A DNA stretch of 64,000 bases from Dehalococcoidia bacterium UBA1162 (GCA_002311135.1 DBZK01000020.1:16903-80902), one strand, 5' to 3'; shown: positions 9,066 to 18,774, counted from the stretch's first letter. The notes: a model not told the origin generated them from the sequence alone. Program-made: numbers and translations.

Positions 9066-10730
9066 CTACTGCAGGCGCTTAAGAGCTTCGTCCACTTCTT
9101 TTACGCTGCCGAACCCGCCGTTTTTATAGAATCTGATAACCGATCCGGTATCCAGCACAACCCATGATGGTATGGTCTTGAGCTGGCATGTAGAGGCCAG
9201 CTGGCTGGTGGGGTCAATATAAACCGGAACCGTCAATCCATATTCCTTGGCCCAGTCTATCACCTCGGATATTTTGGGGTTGCCGGTAACCAGAAACATC
9301 GTAATATCCTTCCTGGCTCCATGCTCATAGTAATCATTTAAAATGAGAGCCTGTTGCGTGCATATCCCGCACTCTGTATTTACGAAGACCAGTATGACAT
9401 TTTTACCGGCGATATCTCCGTTGGCAAAACCGGTATCATTGAGTGTTTTGAAGCTAAAATCCGGTATTCTGCAGTTGATTTTGCAGCAGATAGGTGCTGT
9501 AGCCAGAGTTGTAAAGGGCGTTGAGCCCAGCTGCGCCGATTCGCCGTATTCATTATCCGACTCTACACTGAAAAAGTAACGTATTTGCGGGTCCAGCCTG
9601 TCCAGATGGATTTTATGTTCGAAAACCATGTCGCTGTCCGACACAGTCTGGTTCTCACTGGTCTTATCCGCCGCAAAGTTGACCAAGCTATTGGCGGGTT
9701 TATTGGTGATCCAGCTTATCCAGGCGTCCGAACTAGTAATATCATAGACGTTGATATTAGTGATAGTCAGTTGACCCGGCATTACTCCGGTCTCAGCAGT
9801 GATAAAAGACCCATCTGATGAAACGGCCTCGTTGCCGCAAACGTCAACAGATTTCACGTGGTAATGATAGGTAGTCTTGGGCTGCAAATTCTGAATAACC
9901 GCACTATGGTCCGTCAGCATAGCCGCATCGTCTGTGGCTTTAAACGGATAGGCTCCCTGAGTTAAACCGTATTCCAGCAGGCTGGTAGATGGTTTGCTGG
10001 TCTTCCAGGAAATCACAGCATGGTCGTTAAACACACTGGAAGTGGTGACTGTGTCGATATACAGGGGGTGCAACTCGCAATCCTGCGCCTCGCTGAGGAC
10101 CGTTTTGATTTCATTGATGGCCAGCACCAGGCCTTCACGTCCGGGTTCAGCGTTATTCCAGCCGACTGTCCCTATTATCTCGCCGGTCTTATTTACTACC
10201 GCTCCGCCAGCTGATCCGGGGTCCAGCGCAGCATCGGCCTGGAATTCTTTGTATATATCGCGGCCCGGAAACCCCGTAATTTTACCCTGGGTAGTAACCA
10301 TGCCTTTAGAGGAAGGGAGATAAGCCGCAACTGAGACTTCGTCCCATAGCTGCACCAGGTCGGAGTCGCCCAGAGGCGCCGGTTGCAGAGCCGGGTAATT
10401 CCCTTTGATTTTTATTACGGCGATATCCCGCAAATAGTCGGTGCATAGCAGTGTTCCATCATAGCGCGGGCCGCCCGGCTTCAATTCTATTGCGATCTTG
10501 CCGCTGCCTATCCTTTGAGCGCTGGTAGCCACATAACCGGCCTTATCTACTATCACACCAGTCAAGGTGTCATTGTCTGTATAAATTCTCACAACCGAAT
10601 CCGCGACTTTACTGGAACACGAGCACAAAATAAGCGAAAAGAGCGCAAGGGCAAAGATCAAGATAACGGCAATCTTGATTTTGTGCGTTCTGGAGTTGAT
10701 TGGAGGGTTTTCTAATAACAATCGAGTCAC
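9066..10730 (-). CDS. Lipoprotein fusing a trypsin-like (S1C-like) domain with substituted catalytic residues, two FN3-like domains and a TlpA-like thioredoxin domain
   Basis: Lipobox LILC. The S1C-like block has TSAQRI where TNAHVV is expected and GSAGGA where GNSGGP is expected. Two FN3-like repeats (ISWKTSKPSTSLLEYG, ISWITNKPANSLVNF). C-terminal CGIC redox motif. The GTG start overlaps the upstream stop as GTGA. Confidence 0.8.
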   Translation of the reverse strand: MTRLLLENPPINSRTHKIKIAVILIFALALFSLILCSCSSKVADSVVRIYTDNDTLTGVIVDKAGYVATSAQRIGSGKIAIELKPGGPRYDGTLLCTDYLRDIAVIKIKGNYPALQPAPLGDSDLVQLWDEVSVAAYLPSSKGMVTTQGKITGFPGRDIYKEFQADAALDPGSAGGAVVNKTGEIIGTVGWNNAEPGREGLVLAINEIKTVLSEAQDCELHPLYIDTVTTSSVFNDHAVISWKTSKPSTSLLEYGLTQGAYPFKATDDAAMLTDHSAVIQNLQPKTTYHYHVKSVDVCGNEAVSSDGSFITAETGVMPGQLTITNINVYDITSSDAWISWITNKPANSLVNFAADKTSENQTVSDSDMVFEHKIHLDRLDPQIRYFFSVESDNEYGESAQLGSTPFTTLATAPICCKINCRIPDFSFKTLNDTGFANGDIAGKNVILVFVNTECGICTQQALILNDYYEHGARKDITMFLVTGNPKISEVIDWAKEYGLTVPVYIDPTSQLASTCQLKTIPSWVVLDTGSVIRFYKNGGFGSVKEVDEALKRLQ

Positions 10731-11440
10731 TTTATCGGCACATTGGCCGGGTCCAGATTCGGCCTTTCAACGTGGTCTATGAGGTAGCCTATGTCCTTAT
10801 ACATTACTTTTTTCATTTCGCCGATGATCCACCTGCCCTTATTCAGGCTTTTAGCGAAGGCGGTAGCCTCTTTCGAAAGCTCGTCCAGCGTGCAGGCTTT
10901 GCGTATAACGTGGAATTTCTCCAGTTCGCCGGCGGTGAAGCGTTTGCCCAAAAATTCAGCCTCCTCCACCATATGCTTGGGCAGTGCCTTTTTTATGAGT
11001 GCGTCCATATAGTGAAGGAATGGAATGTTTATATCGACCTCGGGAAAGCATAAAAAGCCGCGGTCATTGCGCATGAAGCGGAAATCATGACAACAGGCGA
11101 AGATAGCGCCGCTGGCGAAGGCATGTCCCGTTATGGCCGCCACGGTAATCATGGGGTAAAACAACATGCGCTTCATCATCTTGTCCTGCAGGTCCAGGAA
11201 CTTCTGGACATCAGGGTCCTTCCTGCCGATGGCCGGAATAAGCCAGTCCAGGTCCATGCCGTTAGACCATATCTTTTCATGAGTGGCCGTGACCACCAGC
11301 GCGTTAACATTCGTTTTCTTCTCGATGTCGTCAAGGGCGGCCAGCATCTCGTTGCAAAAGGCCAGGTTAAACCTGTTCTCGCCGACATTCATAGTAAGCA
11401 CGGCGATATTCTCATCAACTTTCCATTCAATTGAAGACAA
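10727..11440 (-). CDS. Enoyl-CoA hydratase/isomerase (crotonase-fold) family protein
   Basis: Paralog of 8271..8981 (WSNGMDLDW, GHAFASGAIF). The ORF opens at 11521, but GGAGG plus 8 nt precedes a TTG at 11440, which gives a 238-aa product matching the paralog's length. Confidence 0.75.
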   Translation of the reverse strand: MSSIEWKVDENIAVLTMNVGENRFNLAFCNEMLAALDDIEKKTNVNALVVTATHEKIWSNGMDLDWLIPAIGRKDPDVQKFLDLQDKMMKRMLFYPMITVAAITGHAFASGAIFACCHDFRFMRNDRGFLCFPEVDINIPFLHYMDALIKKALPKHMVEEAEFLGKRFTAGELEKFHVIRKACTLDELSKEATAFAKSLNKGRWIIGEMKKVMYKDIGYLIDHVERPNLDPANVPIK

Positions 11441-11626
11441 GAGAAATGCCTCCGTAAAATTAATCAGGCAACAGCCCTGTAGAGAAACCCTGACCGGGCG
11501 GCAACAACTATTATATACCAAACAGACTGAACTGCTCCAACGCCTGTTGTAATCTTAACGGATTTTTTGCACAATTAGTATGCCCCGGTCCGGCATACAA
11601 TAAATTCACTTAAGGAGATAATTTTC

Positions 11627-12514
11627 ATGGAAAGCGTACTCGTTATCGGCGCGGGCTTTATGGGCGGTGGAATCGCGCAGGTGGCGGCACAGAGTGGATA
11701 CAGGGTTTACCTTCAGGATGCCAGTCCCGAAGCCGTAGACAAAACCATGCAACAGATAAAGTGGTCGACCGACAAACTGGCTGCCAAGGGAAAGATCAAG
11801 GACAGCGCCAAGGCTGTGCAGGACAGGATCAGTGTAGTCAAGGACTTATCGGTTGCGGCCCAGTGCCAGTGGGTGATAGAAGCGGTCTACGAGGATGAGA
11901 ACCTCAAGAAAGGTATCTTCAAAGAGCTGGATAAAATCTGCCCAGTCGATTCAGTTCTGGCTACCAACACGTCATGCATCCCCATTACCCGCATTGCGTC
12001 CGCTACCAAACATCCCGGGCGGGTGGTCGGCATGCATTTCTTCGGCCCCGTTCCCCTCATGATGCTGGTCGAGGTTATCAAGGGCGAAAAAACAACCGAT
12101 GCGGTATTTCAGAAAAGCGTTGACTTTATCCTGTCACTCGAGCACTACCCTGTGAAGGTCAGGAAGGATATACCCAGGTTCGTTATGAACCGTATCAGCT
12201 CGGTTGCCTTCAGGGAAGCGCTCGACCTGGTAAGGAAAGGCATCGCCACAGTCGAGGACGTGGATAAAGGGATGCGCTACGGTTTTAATTGGAACATAGG
12301 GCCTTTTGAAATTGCCGATAACTCCGGGCTGGACACTTACCTGCGTGTGGGCAAGACCTTCGCCGGGTTGGAAGACGCCGGTAATCCCGCATTGTTAATT
12401 ATCATTGAAAAAATGGTCAATGCGGGGCGGCTTGGCCGCAAGGTGGGCAAAGGGTTTTACGACTATACGCCGGATGGCAAAATGATACCATTCGATGTTA
12501 CTACCCTGAAATAA
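11627..12514 (+). CDS. hbd: 3-hydroxyacyl-CoA (3-hydroxybutyryl-CoA) dehydrogenase
   Basis: N-terminal Rossmann motif VIGAGFMGGGIAQ. 295 aa with the typical HBD family layout. Confidence 0.85.
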   Translation: MESVLVIGAGFMGGGIAQVAAQSGYRVYLQDASPEAVDKTMQQIKWSTDKLAAKGKIKDSAKAVQDRISVVKDLSVAAQCQWVIEAVYEDENLKKGIFKELDKICPVDSVLATNTSCIPITRIASATKHPGRVVGMHFFGPVPLMMLVEVIKGEKTTDAVFQKSVDFILSLEHYPVKVRKDIPRFVMNRISSVAFREALDLVRKGIATVEDVDKGMRYGFNWNIGPFEIADNSGLDTYLRVGKTFAGLEDAGNPALLIIIEKMVNAGRLGRKVGKGFYDYTPDGKMIPFDVTTLK

Positions 12515-12578
12515 CAATCTACCTGATAACAGAGACGCCCGCATATTTTCCTGGCCGTGAGGGCTTGTCTAACGGTTT

Positions 12579-13352
12579 TTATAGCTCTACTGTGAGCCCT
12601 TCGTAGCCAACTTCCAGCTCACTTCCCAGCCGCTTACTTGCTTCGGCGAGTTCCGCCCTTAGTTTGTCCTCCCAGAGCGTCGGCACATGAGCGGTTATTA
12701 CCCGCGGTAGATATCCCTTTAATTTCCGAAACTGCTGCAGTTCTTCAATCAGCAGGTTCGGAGTCAGGTGTCCCAACCCGCGCATGGCCTCTCCCATGCT
12801 GTTCAAGCCTGTTATCTCGATAAGTAGCATCTCCGGACTGATATGTTCCCAGCAGCCGGACAGCCCGGGCCCGGTATCGCCTGTATAAAAGAAACTTTTT
12901 CCGCTGCGGGAGGTAACATGGAAACCGACCGAAGGCACTGAGTGGTTAACCGGCACCGGCATAATCATACAGCCCGCTATCACGATGTGCCGGTAGGGCT
13001 CTAAAGGTTTAAGCAGCAGCCTGGGCGCCTCCACTTTGGGCCACTGCGTATAGTCTCTGTACATCTTACCGTCCAGCAGGTATTTGTAAACGACCTCCAG
13101 TGTCTCAGGCAAACCATAAACGTCGACAGTGGAAGGCGGATGAGTATCGTTTGATCCTAGGGTCACCAGGTCACGCGTGTGGTCGAAATGATGATGCGTC
13201 AGGAGCACAGAAGTAATTTGGTGCTGCCTCTGCAGCGAGAGGCTGGCAGTTAAGCCGCCGGCATCCAGCGCTATAACATCGTTCACCAGAAGGCTGGGCA
13301 GCCTGGCTTTATCAGTCTCGGAGTTATGTGCGCCGAGGATTTCAATTTTCAT
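12579..13352 (-). CDS. MBL-fold metallo-hydrolase (possibly class II cyclic-nucleotide phosphodiesterase-like)
   Basis: THHHFDH metal-binding motif. The N-terminal ILGAH...ALDAGG pattern resembles class II phosphodiesterases. Confidence 0.7.
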   Translation of the reverse strand: MKIEILGAHNSETDKARLPSLLVNDVIALDAGGLTASLSLQRQHQITSVLLTHHHFDHTRDLVTLGSNDTHPPSTVDVYGLPETLEVVYKYLLDGKMYRDYTQWPKVEAPRLLLKPLEPYRHIVIAGCMIMPVPVNHSVPSVGFHVTSRSGKSFFYTGDTGPGLSGCWEHISPEMLLIEITGLNSMGEAMRGLGHLTPNLLIEELQQFRKLKGYLPRVITAHVPTLWEDKLRAELAEASKRLGSELEVGYEGLTVEL

Positions 13353-13373
13353 TTACGTCCTCCTACATGACCA

Positions 13374-14051
13374 TTATATATTAGCTCCGGCAATAGCAAA
13401 ATACACCATAAGATAGTGCAGGACAGCCCCGCAGATGATCAGCAGGTGGAAGATCTCGTGAAAGCCGAATATGCCCGGGAAAGGATTGGGCTTTTTAATG
13501 GCATATATTAGAGCGCCCAGGGTGTAAGCGAAGCCGCCCGCAAATAGCAGGTAGAGGGAATTGACCGGCATGGTCAAAATTAGCTGGTTCAGGGCTATCA
13601 GAGCCATCCAGCCCATCAACACATAAATCACGGCCGTCAGCCAGCGCGGCCCTTCGATATAAACCAGCTTGAATACCAGTCCTATTGCAACGAGCAGCCA
13701 CTGTGCTGCAATTATGCCCCAGCGCCAGTAACCCTCCAGGTAGATATAGCTTATGGGCGTATAAGTGCCAGCTATCATGAAGAAGATGGCGATGTGGTCC
13801 AGCCTGCGCCAGGGGTTGGTATTGTCCTCCTCCTTCTTCTGCCCGTGATAGATCGAGCTGCAGGTAAAAATAAAAACAGCGCATAAGCTGTAGATGGTGG
13901 AAAGTACTATTTTGGGAACGGAGCCGGCGGAAACGCAGAGCAGGATCACATAGCCGGCCAATGAGGCGATCGCCCCGGCCAGGTGCGAATAGAAATTTAT
14001 CAGGTCGGATTTTTGAAAAGCCACAGTATTAAAAGTCCTCCTAAAAGGCAA
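13374..14051 (-). CDS. Hemolysin III / PAQR family membrane protein
   Basis: Seven predicted TM segments, with LDH...F and HEIFH motifs typical of the family. TTG start. Confidence 0.75.
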   Translation of the reverse strand: MPFRRTFNTVAFQKSDLINFYSHLAGAIASLAGYVILLCVSAGSVPKIVLSTIYSLCAVFIFTCSSIYHGQKKEEDNTNPWRRLDHIAIFFMIAGTYTPISYIYLEGYWRWGIIAAQWLLVAIGLVFKLVYIEGPRWLTAVIYVLMGWMALIALNQLILTMPVNSLYLLFAGGFAYTLGALIYAIKKPNPFPGIFGFHEIFHLLIICGAVLHYLMVYFAIAGANI

Positions 14052-14139
14052 ACTTTGAATTGCTCACGATGGTCTCCTCTCACATCCTCCAGGGGGAATC
14101 CGCGGGCCGAGTTCTTGTAACTATTTTTGAGGAAACTAT

Positions 14140-14655
14140 TTAACTATCAGAGCCAGACCAGGGAGTCAGTCTTGGCATCCAGCGCGGAACATTCTTTTTA
14201 TATACCAGGTATTCGTCGCCAAACCTCTTATACAGCCCCGGCTCCTCCGACGTGATGAAATAGACATGGTTGATTCCGAAAAAAAGCAGGAAACAGGCAA
14301 AGATTTCTATGGACCCGAAGGCTATGGACTCGCCCAGAAGTACGGCCAGTGCGCCGCTGATCATGGGATTGCGCACATGCTGGTACGGCCCGACAATGAC
14401 CAGTTTTCGGGTTGGCGACCACGGCGCCAGCGTACCCTTGCCTATATACATGAAGAGCCGGATGCAAGTCGCAAGGAAGTACAACCCATTGCCTATAATA
14501 ACGGCCCCCAGCATAACCACCACCCCATCCCAGGGCAGCCCCAGTCCCCAACCTATTCTGAAGCCACTTAGCCGCAGGATGGCCGCCGGTATAATCAGCA
14601 GGACAGTAAATGGGAGTATCAAGGATCTTAACAGGTCGAGGGTCGAAGTTTTCAT
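14140..14655 (-). CDS. Isoprenylcysteine carboxyl / phospholipid methyltransferase-like membrane protein
   Basis: Polytopic membrane protein with VRNPMISG and C-terminal Y..Y...VPRW motifs of the ICMT/PEMT family. Confidence 0.65.
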   Translation of the reverse strand: MKTSTLDLLRSLILPFTVLLIIPAAILRLSGFRIGWGLGLPWDGVVVMLGAVIIGNGLYFLATCIRLFMYIGKGTLAPWSPTRKLVIVGPYQHVRNPMISGALAVLLGESIAFGSIEIFACFLLFFGINHVYFITSEEPGLYKRFGDEYLVYKKNVPRWMPRLTPWSGSDS

Positions 14656-14699
14656 TTCATTTAAAAATGGATCTAAGACAATGGGCTATTATAATAACA

Positions 14700-15569
14700 C
14701 TAAACTACGTTAGACTTCCCCCATCCCCTGCGGGTTAACCCTTTGACCGAGAATTCCTGCCCGGCTTTAATACCGAAGGTATCTTGAAGCCGCACCGCAG
14801 ACAGTTCACAGGCAGCCGGCGAAATATCCATGCCTATCCACTTCCTGTCCAATTTCTGGGCTGCCGCCAGGGTGGTCCCGCAACCGCAAAATGCATCCAT
14901 TACCATATCCCCCTTATTGCTGCCGGCGCTGATAATCCGCTCCAGCAGCGACTGCGGTTTCTGAGCCGGATAATCAAGACGTTCTCGGCTGGTGCGTCCG
15001 ACCATACTGATTTCCCAGTAGTCTTTCATGCCCACCAGTGTGTACCAGCCTTCTTCATCACGGAATTCCTCGACGCCTTTGAACTTATAGGCCTTATGAT
15101 CGCGGTTATACGATTTCTCCCGAAGCCTGTTGAATCGGTAGGCCGGCGTTTTGCTGTAAAAAAGAATGCTATCGTGCTTGCGGCTGAAGCGTTTTCCAGG
15201 GCTTGCGCCGCCAGACTTGTAGCACCATACTATTTCATTCTGAAAATTATCGTAGCCGAATAAATCCGGGGTATCCAACAGAACCTTTATATAGTGGGAG
15301 GCATGCCAGTCACAGTGGTAGAAAAAGCTGCCTGTGGGCTTCAAGACCCTGTGCATCTCTATTAACCGCGGCCTCATATAGTCCAGATAGGCGTTTATAT
15401 TCTCGAATTTATCCACAAAGCTGTGTTTTGCCTCCCGGCTTCCCTTCGCACGGTGTTCCCTGTTGGAATTGAAGGGAGGGTCTATATAAATCAGGTCAAT
15501 ACAATCTCCGGGCATCTTCTTAAGGCCTTCCAGGCAATCACCGCAGTATATTAAATTAGCGTTCTGCAT
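14700..15569 (-). CDS. Site-specific DNA methyltransferase (beta-class N4-C/N6-A, PF01555-like), apparently an orphan
   Basis: DPPF (IYIDPPFNS) near the N-terminus and FCGCGTT near the C-terminus give the beta-class motif order. The ORF opens at 15611, but the ATG at 15569 has a GAGG RBS and avoids overlap with the upstream gene. Confidence 0.85.
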   Translation of the reverse strand: MQNANLIYCGDCLEGLKKMPGDCIDLIYIDPPFNSNREHRAKGSREAKHSFVDKFENINAYLDYMRPRLIEMHRVLKPTGSFFYHCDWHASHYIKVLLDTPDLFGYDNFQNEIVWCYKSGGASPGKRFSRKHDSILFYSKTPAYRFNRLREKSYNRDHKAYKFKGVEEFRDEEGWYTLVGMKDYWEISMVGRTSRERLDYPAQKPQSLLERIISAGSNKGDMVMDAFCGCGTTLAAAQKLDRKWIGMDISPAACELSAVRLQDTFGIKAGQEFSVKGLTRRGWGKSNVV

Positions 15570-16269
15570 TGCCTTCCTCAACTGCATCGGGGAAGTCCGA
15601 AATAACCCCATCTATAGCAAACTCCATTACGGCCCTGATGGCGGCCGCATTCGGGCAGCCCCAGACAAATACCATCGTGCCGTCTTTATGCAGACTGGAA
15701 ACCGATTCTGCGTTGGTATCCCGGCAGCGCAGGCCGATGGCAGCCGATCCCATGGCAGTGGTTATCTCCTCGGGATGGTCCATCGGCCTGTCAGTTATCA
15801 CGGCCCGCATGATATCCGGCGCCAATGCGGCCAGCCGGGATATCAACCCGCAGTCGAAAGATACTATGACGACACGTGCGATATCGGCATGGCCGCGCAA
15901 CATGGCCAGAAATTTCTCCAGCGATTTGACCTGTTTTAGCTCCACGATCAATATCATCTCGGCGCCGCACAGGGCCAGCGTTTCTTCCAAAGAGGGGATC
16001 ATATACTTGCCCCGTATCCTGATCTGCCGGATATCGGCAGCCTGCATGTTGGAGATCTTTCTTCCCTCAATATCATCATTGTGGAAAATGAAGAATTCTC
16101 CGTCGGCTGTCTCCTGCACGTCGAACTCGATGCCGTCTACACCCAATCCCAGTGCGGCTTTGAACGCCTCCAAAGTATTTTCGGGAAAATCACGGCTATA
16201 GCCACGGTGGGCTATATTAATGACCGGCTTCCTGAGCTGTTTAGTGATTGCCCCCTCCCTATCAGTCAC
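15556..16269 (-). CDS. Glycerophosphodiester phosphodiesterase
   Basis: IAHRGYS..FPENTLEAF and GVDGIEFDVQ motifs of the GDPD family. Confidence 0.85.
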   Translation of the reverse strand: MTDREGAITKQLRKPVINIAHRGYSRDFPENTLEAFKAALGLGVDGIEFDVQETADGEFFIFHNDDIEGRKISNMQAADIRQIRIRGKYMIPSLEETLALCGAEMILIVELKQVKSLEKFLAMLRGHADIARVVIVSFDCGLISRLAALAPDIMRAVITDRPMDHPEEITTAMGSAAIGLRCRDTNAESVSSLHKDGTMVFVWGCPNAAAIRAVMEFAIDGVISDFPDAVEEGNAER

Positions 16270-17194
16270 CCGGCCTGTTCTGATCGTTGTCGTCGGCAGC
16301 CAGTTTGCAGAAAAGCCCTTTTCCGGCGCACTGATTGCATTCGAATTGCACCGTCGTGTGACCTATGCCAAACTTCTCCCGCAGAGTGTTTTCGATGCTC
16401 CGGCGGATATTCTCGGCCTGGCTGACCGAGCAATCGTCTATGACCACATGGCTGCTCATGGCATTGAGATTGGATGAAATGCTCCAGACGTGAAGGTCAT
16501 GCACATCCCTGACCTCGGGGATGGCCTTCAGGGCATTCACGACCTCCGAAACCTTTATATCGCCGGGTACGGCTTCCAGCAGAATGCGCAGGCCCTCCCT
16601 GAAGATGCTCCATGCGCCGAACAAAATGATAAGGCTGATGAGTACGCTGATCACCGCATCGACCCAGAAGAGTTTGGTGAACATGATGATGATTGCACCG
16701 ACGATTACGCCCACCGAGGCCAGCGCATCGCCCAGAGCATGCCAGAAAACACTCCTGATATTGATGCTCCAGCCCTGCTCCCTGTACAGCCAGGCGGCCA
16801 CAAATACGTTGGCCGCCAGGCCTATCACAGCCACGACCAGCATCATCCCGCCATTGACCTCGGGCTGCTCGAAGAAGCGCCGGTAGGCCTCGTAGAGGAT
16901 AACACCGGCAATCACCACTATACTGACGGCATTGACGATGGCGATGATCACTCCCACCCTGTGATAGCCGAAGGTCATAAGGCTGCTGGAGGGCCGTTCA
17001 GCCTGCCTGACCGCATACCAGCTCAACAGCAGGGCAATCCCATCAGTAAAAACGTGGCCTGCATCGCTCAAAAGCGCCAGGCTATTAGATAAAACGCCGC
17101 CTGCGACCTCGATGGCCAACACAACGACGGTTATAATAATCCCATAGCCTAATTTTGTAGCGGCTCCCGACCCGCCGTGTTCATGTGCGCTCAC
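16262..17194 (-). CDS. Cation diffusion facilitator (CzcD/ZitB-like) transporter
   Basis: Six TM segments, SLALLSDAGH and HALGDAL motifs, and a C-terminal cytoplasmic domain. Confidence 0.88.
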   Translation of the reverse strand: MSAHEHGGSGAATKLGYGIIITVVVLAIEVAGGVLSNSLALLSDAGHVFTDGIALLLSWYAVRQAERPSSSLMTFGYHRVGVIIAIVNAVSIVVIAGVILYEAYRRFFEQPEVNGGMMLVVAVIGLAANVFVAAWLYREQGWSINIRSVFWHALGDALASVGVIVGAIIIMFTKLFWVDAVISVLISLIILFGAWSIFREGLRILLEAVPGDIKVSEVVNALKAIPEVRDVHDLHVWSISSNLNAMSSHVVIDDCSVSQAENIRRSIENTLREKFGIGHTTVQFECNQCAGKGLFCKLAADDNDQNRPGD

Positions 17195-17283
17195 TTAATT
17201 CCGTCCCGCCTTCTTTCATCATTTTGAATAATAAATATATTACGCCAATTGGTCCAGGGATATGACAATGGTAACATTCCACA

Positions 17284-18375
17284 CTAACTGTTAAACGAAT
17301 CTGACAGGGCCCTGGCTGTCTCAAAGGGATCGCTGTTGACCACATTGGCGCCATAGAACTCCATGGCTCCGATATCCGAAGATAAATCTCCGGTATCGCC
17401 GCGGTCCACCATCCTGGCAATCAGCGGGAAGCCCTCCCATCCGGAAACATCGCCCAGCGGCGGGAAGACAATGCCCAGGTTGAACGATTTTACCTGCAGC
17501 CGGTCGCGGAAACAAGACAGCACGCTATATATAGAACCGGTGAAATAATCGTCAAGGGTGGGACCCAGCACCATAACTTCCTTCTGCTTGAGTGGTGACA
17601 GGTATACGATCGTCCTTGCATCACCGGACTTCCAGGCCAGACCAAGAGCCTGGTGTACCATGAAGAGATCGTTAAAATAGTCTCGGCCATATTTATGGCT
17701 ATATCCGGACACTGCTGTGCATAGTTGCTCGACCCTGGCATAATGGGAGTGACTGCCGATAACCACCTGGGCATGACCGTGCCTTATGCTGGCACCTGCC
17801 CGGTTGGTGCAGTTCCAGAGGAAAAGGCAATATTGGGCCGACGGGTCGTAAGCATGTGCCTTCTGCGCCCATTTCCAGCCCGTCTCTATATAGTCCGCAA
17901 CCTCACTGCGGTTGAAGCTTAAAGGCTCACGGTTTTTAAATATGACCACACAGTGATATTGCTCGAACTTCGCTACATTGCCGGCTGTGATGCAGTATTT
18001 ACCTTTCACCCTGCCAAAGGGGTCCTCGGGTGTGCTTTCCAGAGGCCTGGAAAAGGGGTCGTCATCTATAAGAGGAATATTTGGCGGTTCTTCCGTAGCT
18101 GCCTGATTGTAATCATGAGGACGAAGCGAACGAAGGGGATTGAATATAGCGCTCTCCGCGGTTACCATGTTGGTTACCCTGACCACGTTTTGCTGGGTTA
18201 CCTTATCCACCGAGCCAAAACGTTCCTCTATCCAGGGAACCATCGAAGTGGGCGGTTTGAGTATACCTTTGGCAATATTGACGGAAAAAATATGATTGAA
18301 GACCTGCTGTGTATGCGTCGGCAGAGCTGATACGATTTCACCCAATTCCACTATAGAAGACATCATCACCTGCAC
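17284..18375 (-). CDS. GalT-like (HIT superfamily branch) nucleotidyltransferase family protein
   Basis: NPLRSLRP and GASIRHGHAQV fit the GalT-type NP.R..RP and G.S..H.H.Q patterns. No closer assignment is possible from sequence alone. Confidence 0.5.
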   Translation of the reverse strand: MQVMMSSIVELGEIVSALPTHTQQVFNHIFSVNIAKGILKPPTSMVPWIEERFGSVDKVTQQNVVRVTNMVTAESAIFNPLRSLRPHDYNQAATEEPPNIPLIDDDPFSRPLESTPEDPFGRVKGKYCITAGNVAKFEQYHCVVIFKNREPLSFNRSEVADYIETGWKWAQKAHAYDPSAQYCLFLWNCTNRAGASIRHGHAQVVIGSHSHYARVEQLCTAVSGYSHKYGRDYFNDLFMVHQALGLAWKSGDARTIVYLSPLKQKEVMVLGPTLDDYFTGSIYSVLSCFRDRLQVKSFNLGIVFPPLGDVSGWEGFPLIARMVDRGDTGDLSSDIGAMEFYGANVVNSDPFETARALSDSFNS

Positions 18376-18382
18376 ACGTAAA

Positions 18383-18739
18383 CTAAACTGAGTCCTGTCC
18401 CGGGGAATTGGTTAGCCGCTGTATAAGCTCCGGGGTTTCCTTTTGCCCCATGCCGTAGCTTATCAATAGCGCCAGACGGTCCAGCATGGGTGACGCCGAA
18501 GCCAGGTCGCCTTGCTCTATCAAAGGCAGGGCCTTCTCGAGCAGGTTGGTCTCTTCGTTTAGCTGGCAGGCAAATCCTCCCAGGTTGCCGCAGCAGGGAG
18601 CAATAGCTTCCGACCGCCATAGGTGTGCCTGCTTAATTTCGAGTATTTTCCTCAGCACATCGATGCCTTGCTGCCGTAGCGCCGGGTTGGCCAGCTTCTT
18701 TCGGGCATCTTCAAAGGTATCAATGTTGACAATCAACAT
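18383..18739 (-). CDS. Hypothetical protein (118 aa, helical, one CC..C cluster)
   Basis: A long ORF tightly packed between purH and the GalT-like gene. No family recognised. Confidence 0.5.
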   Translation of the reverse strand: MLIVNIDTFEDARKKLANPALRQQGIDVLRKILEIKQAHLWRSEAIAPCCGNLGGFACQLNEETNLLEKALPLIEQGDLASASPMLDRLALLISYGMGQKETPELIQRLTNSPGQDSV

Positions 18740-18774
18740 GACTCACCGCCTGTCCCTATTTTACCTTCTTCTGG

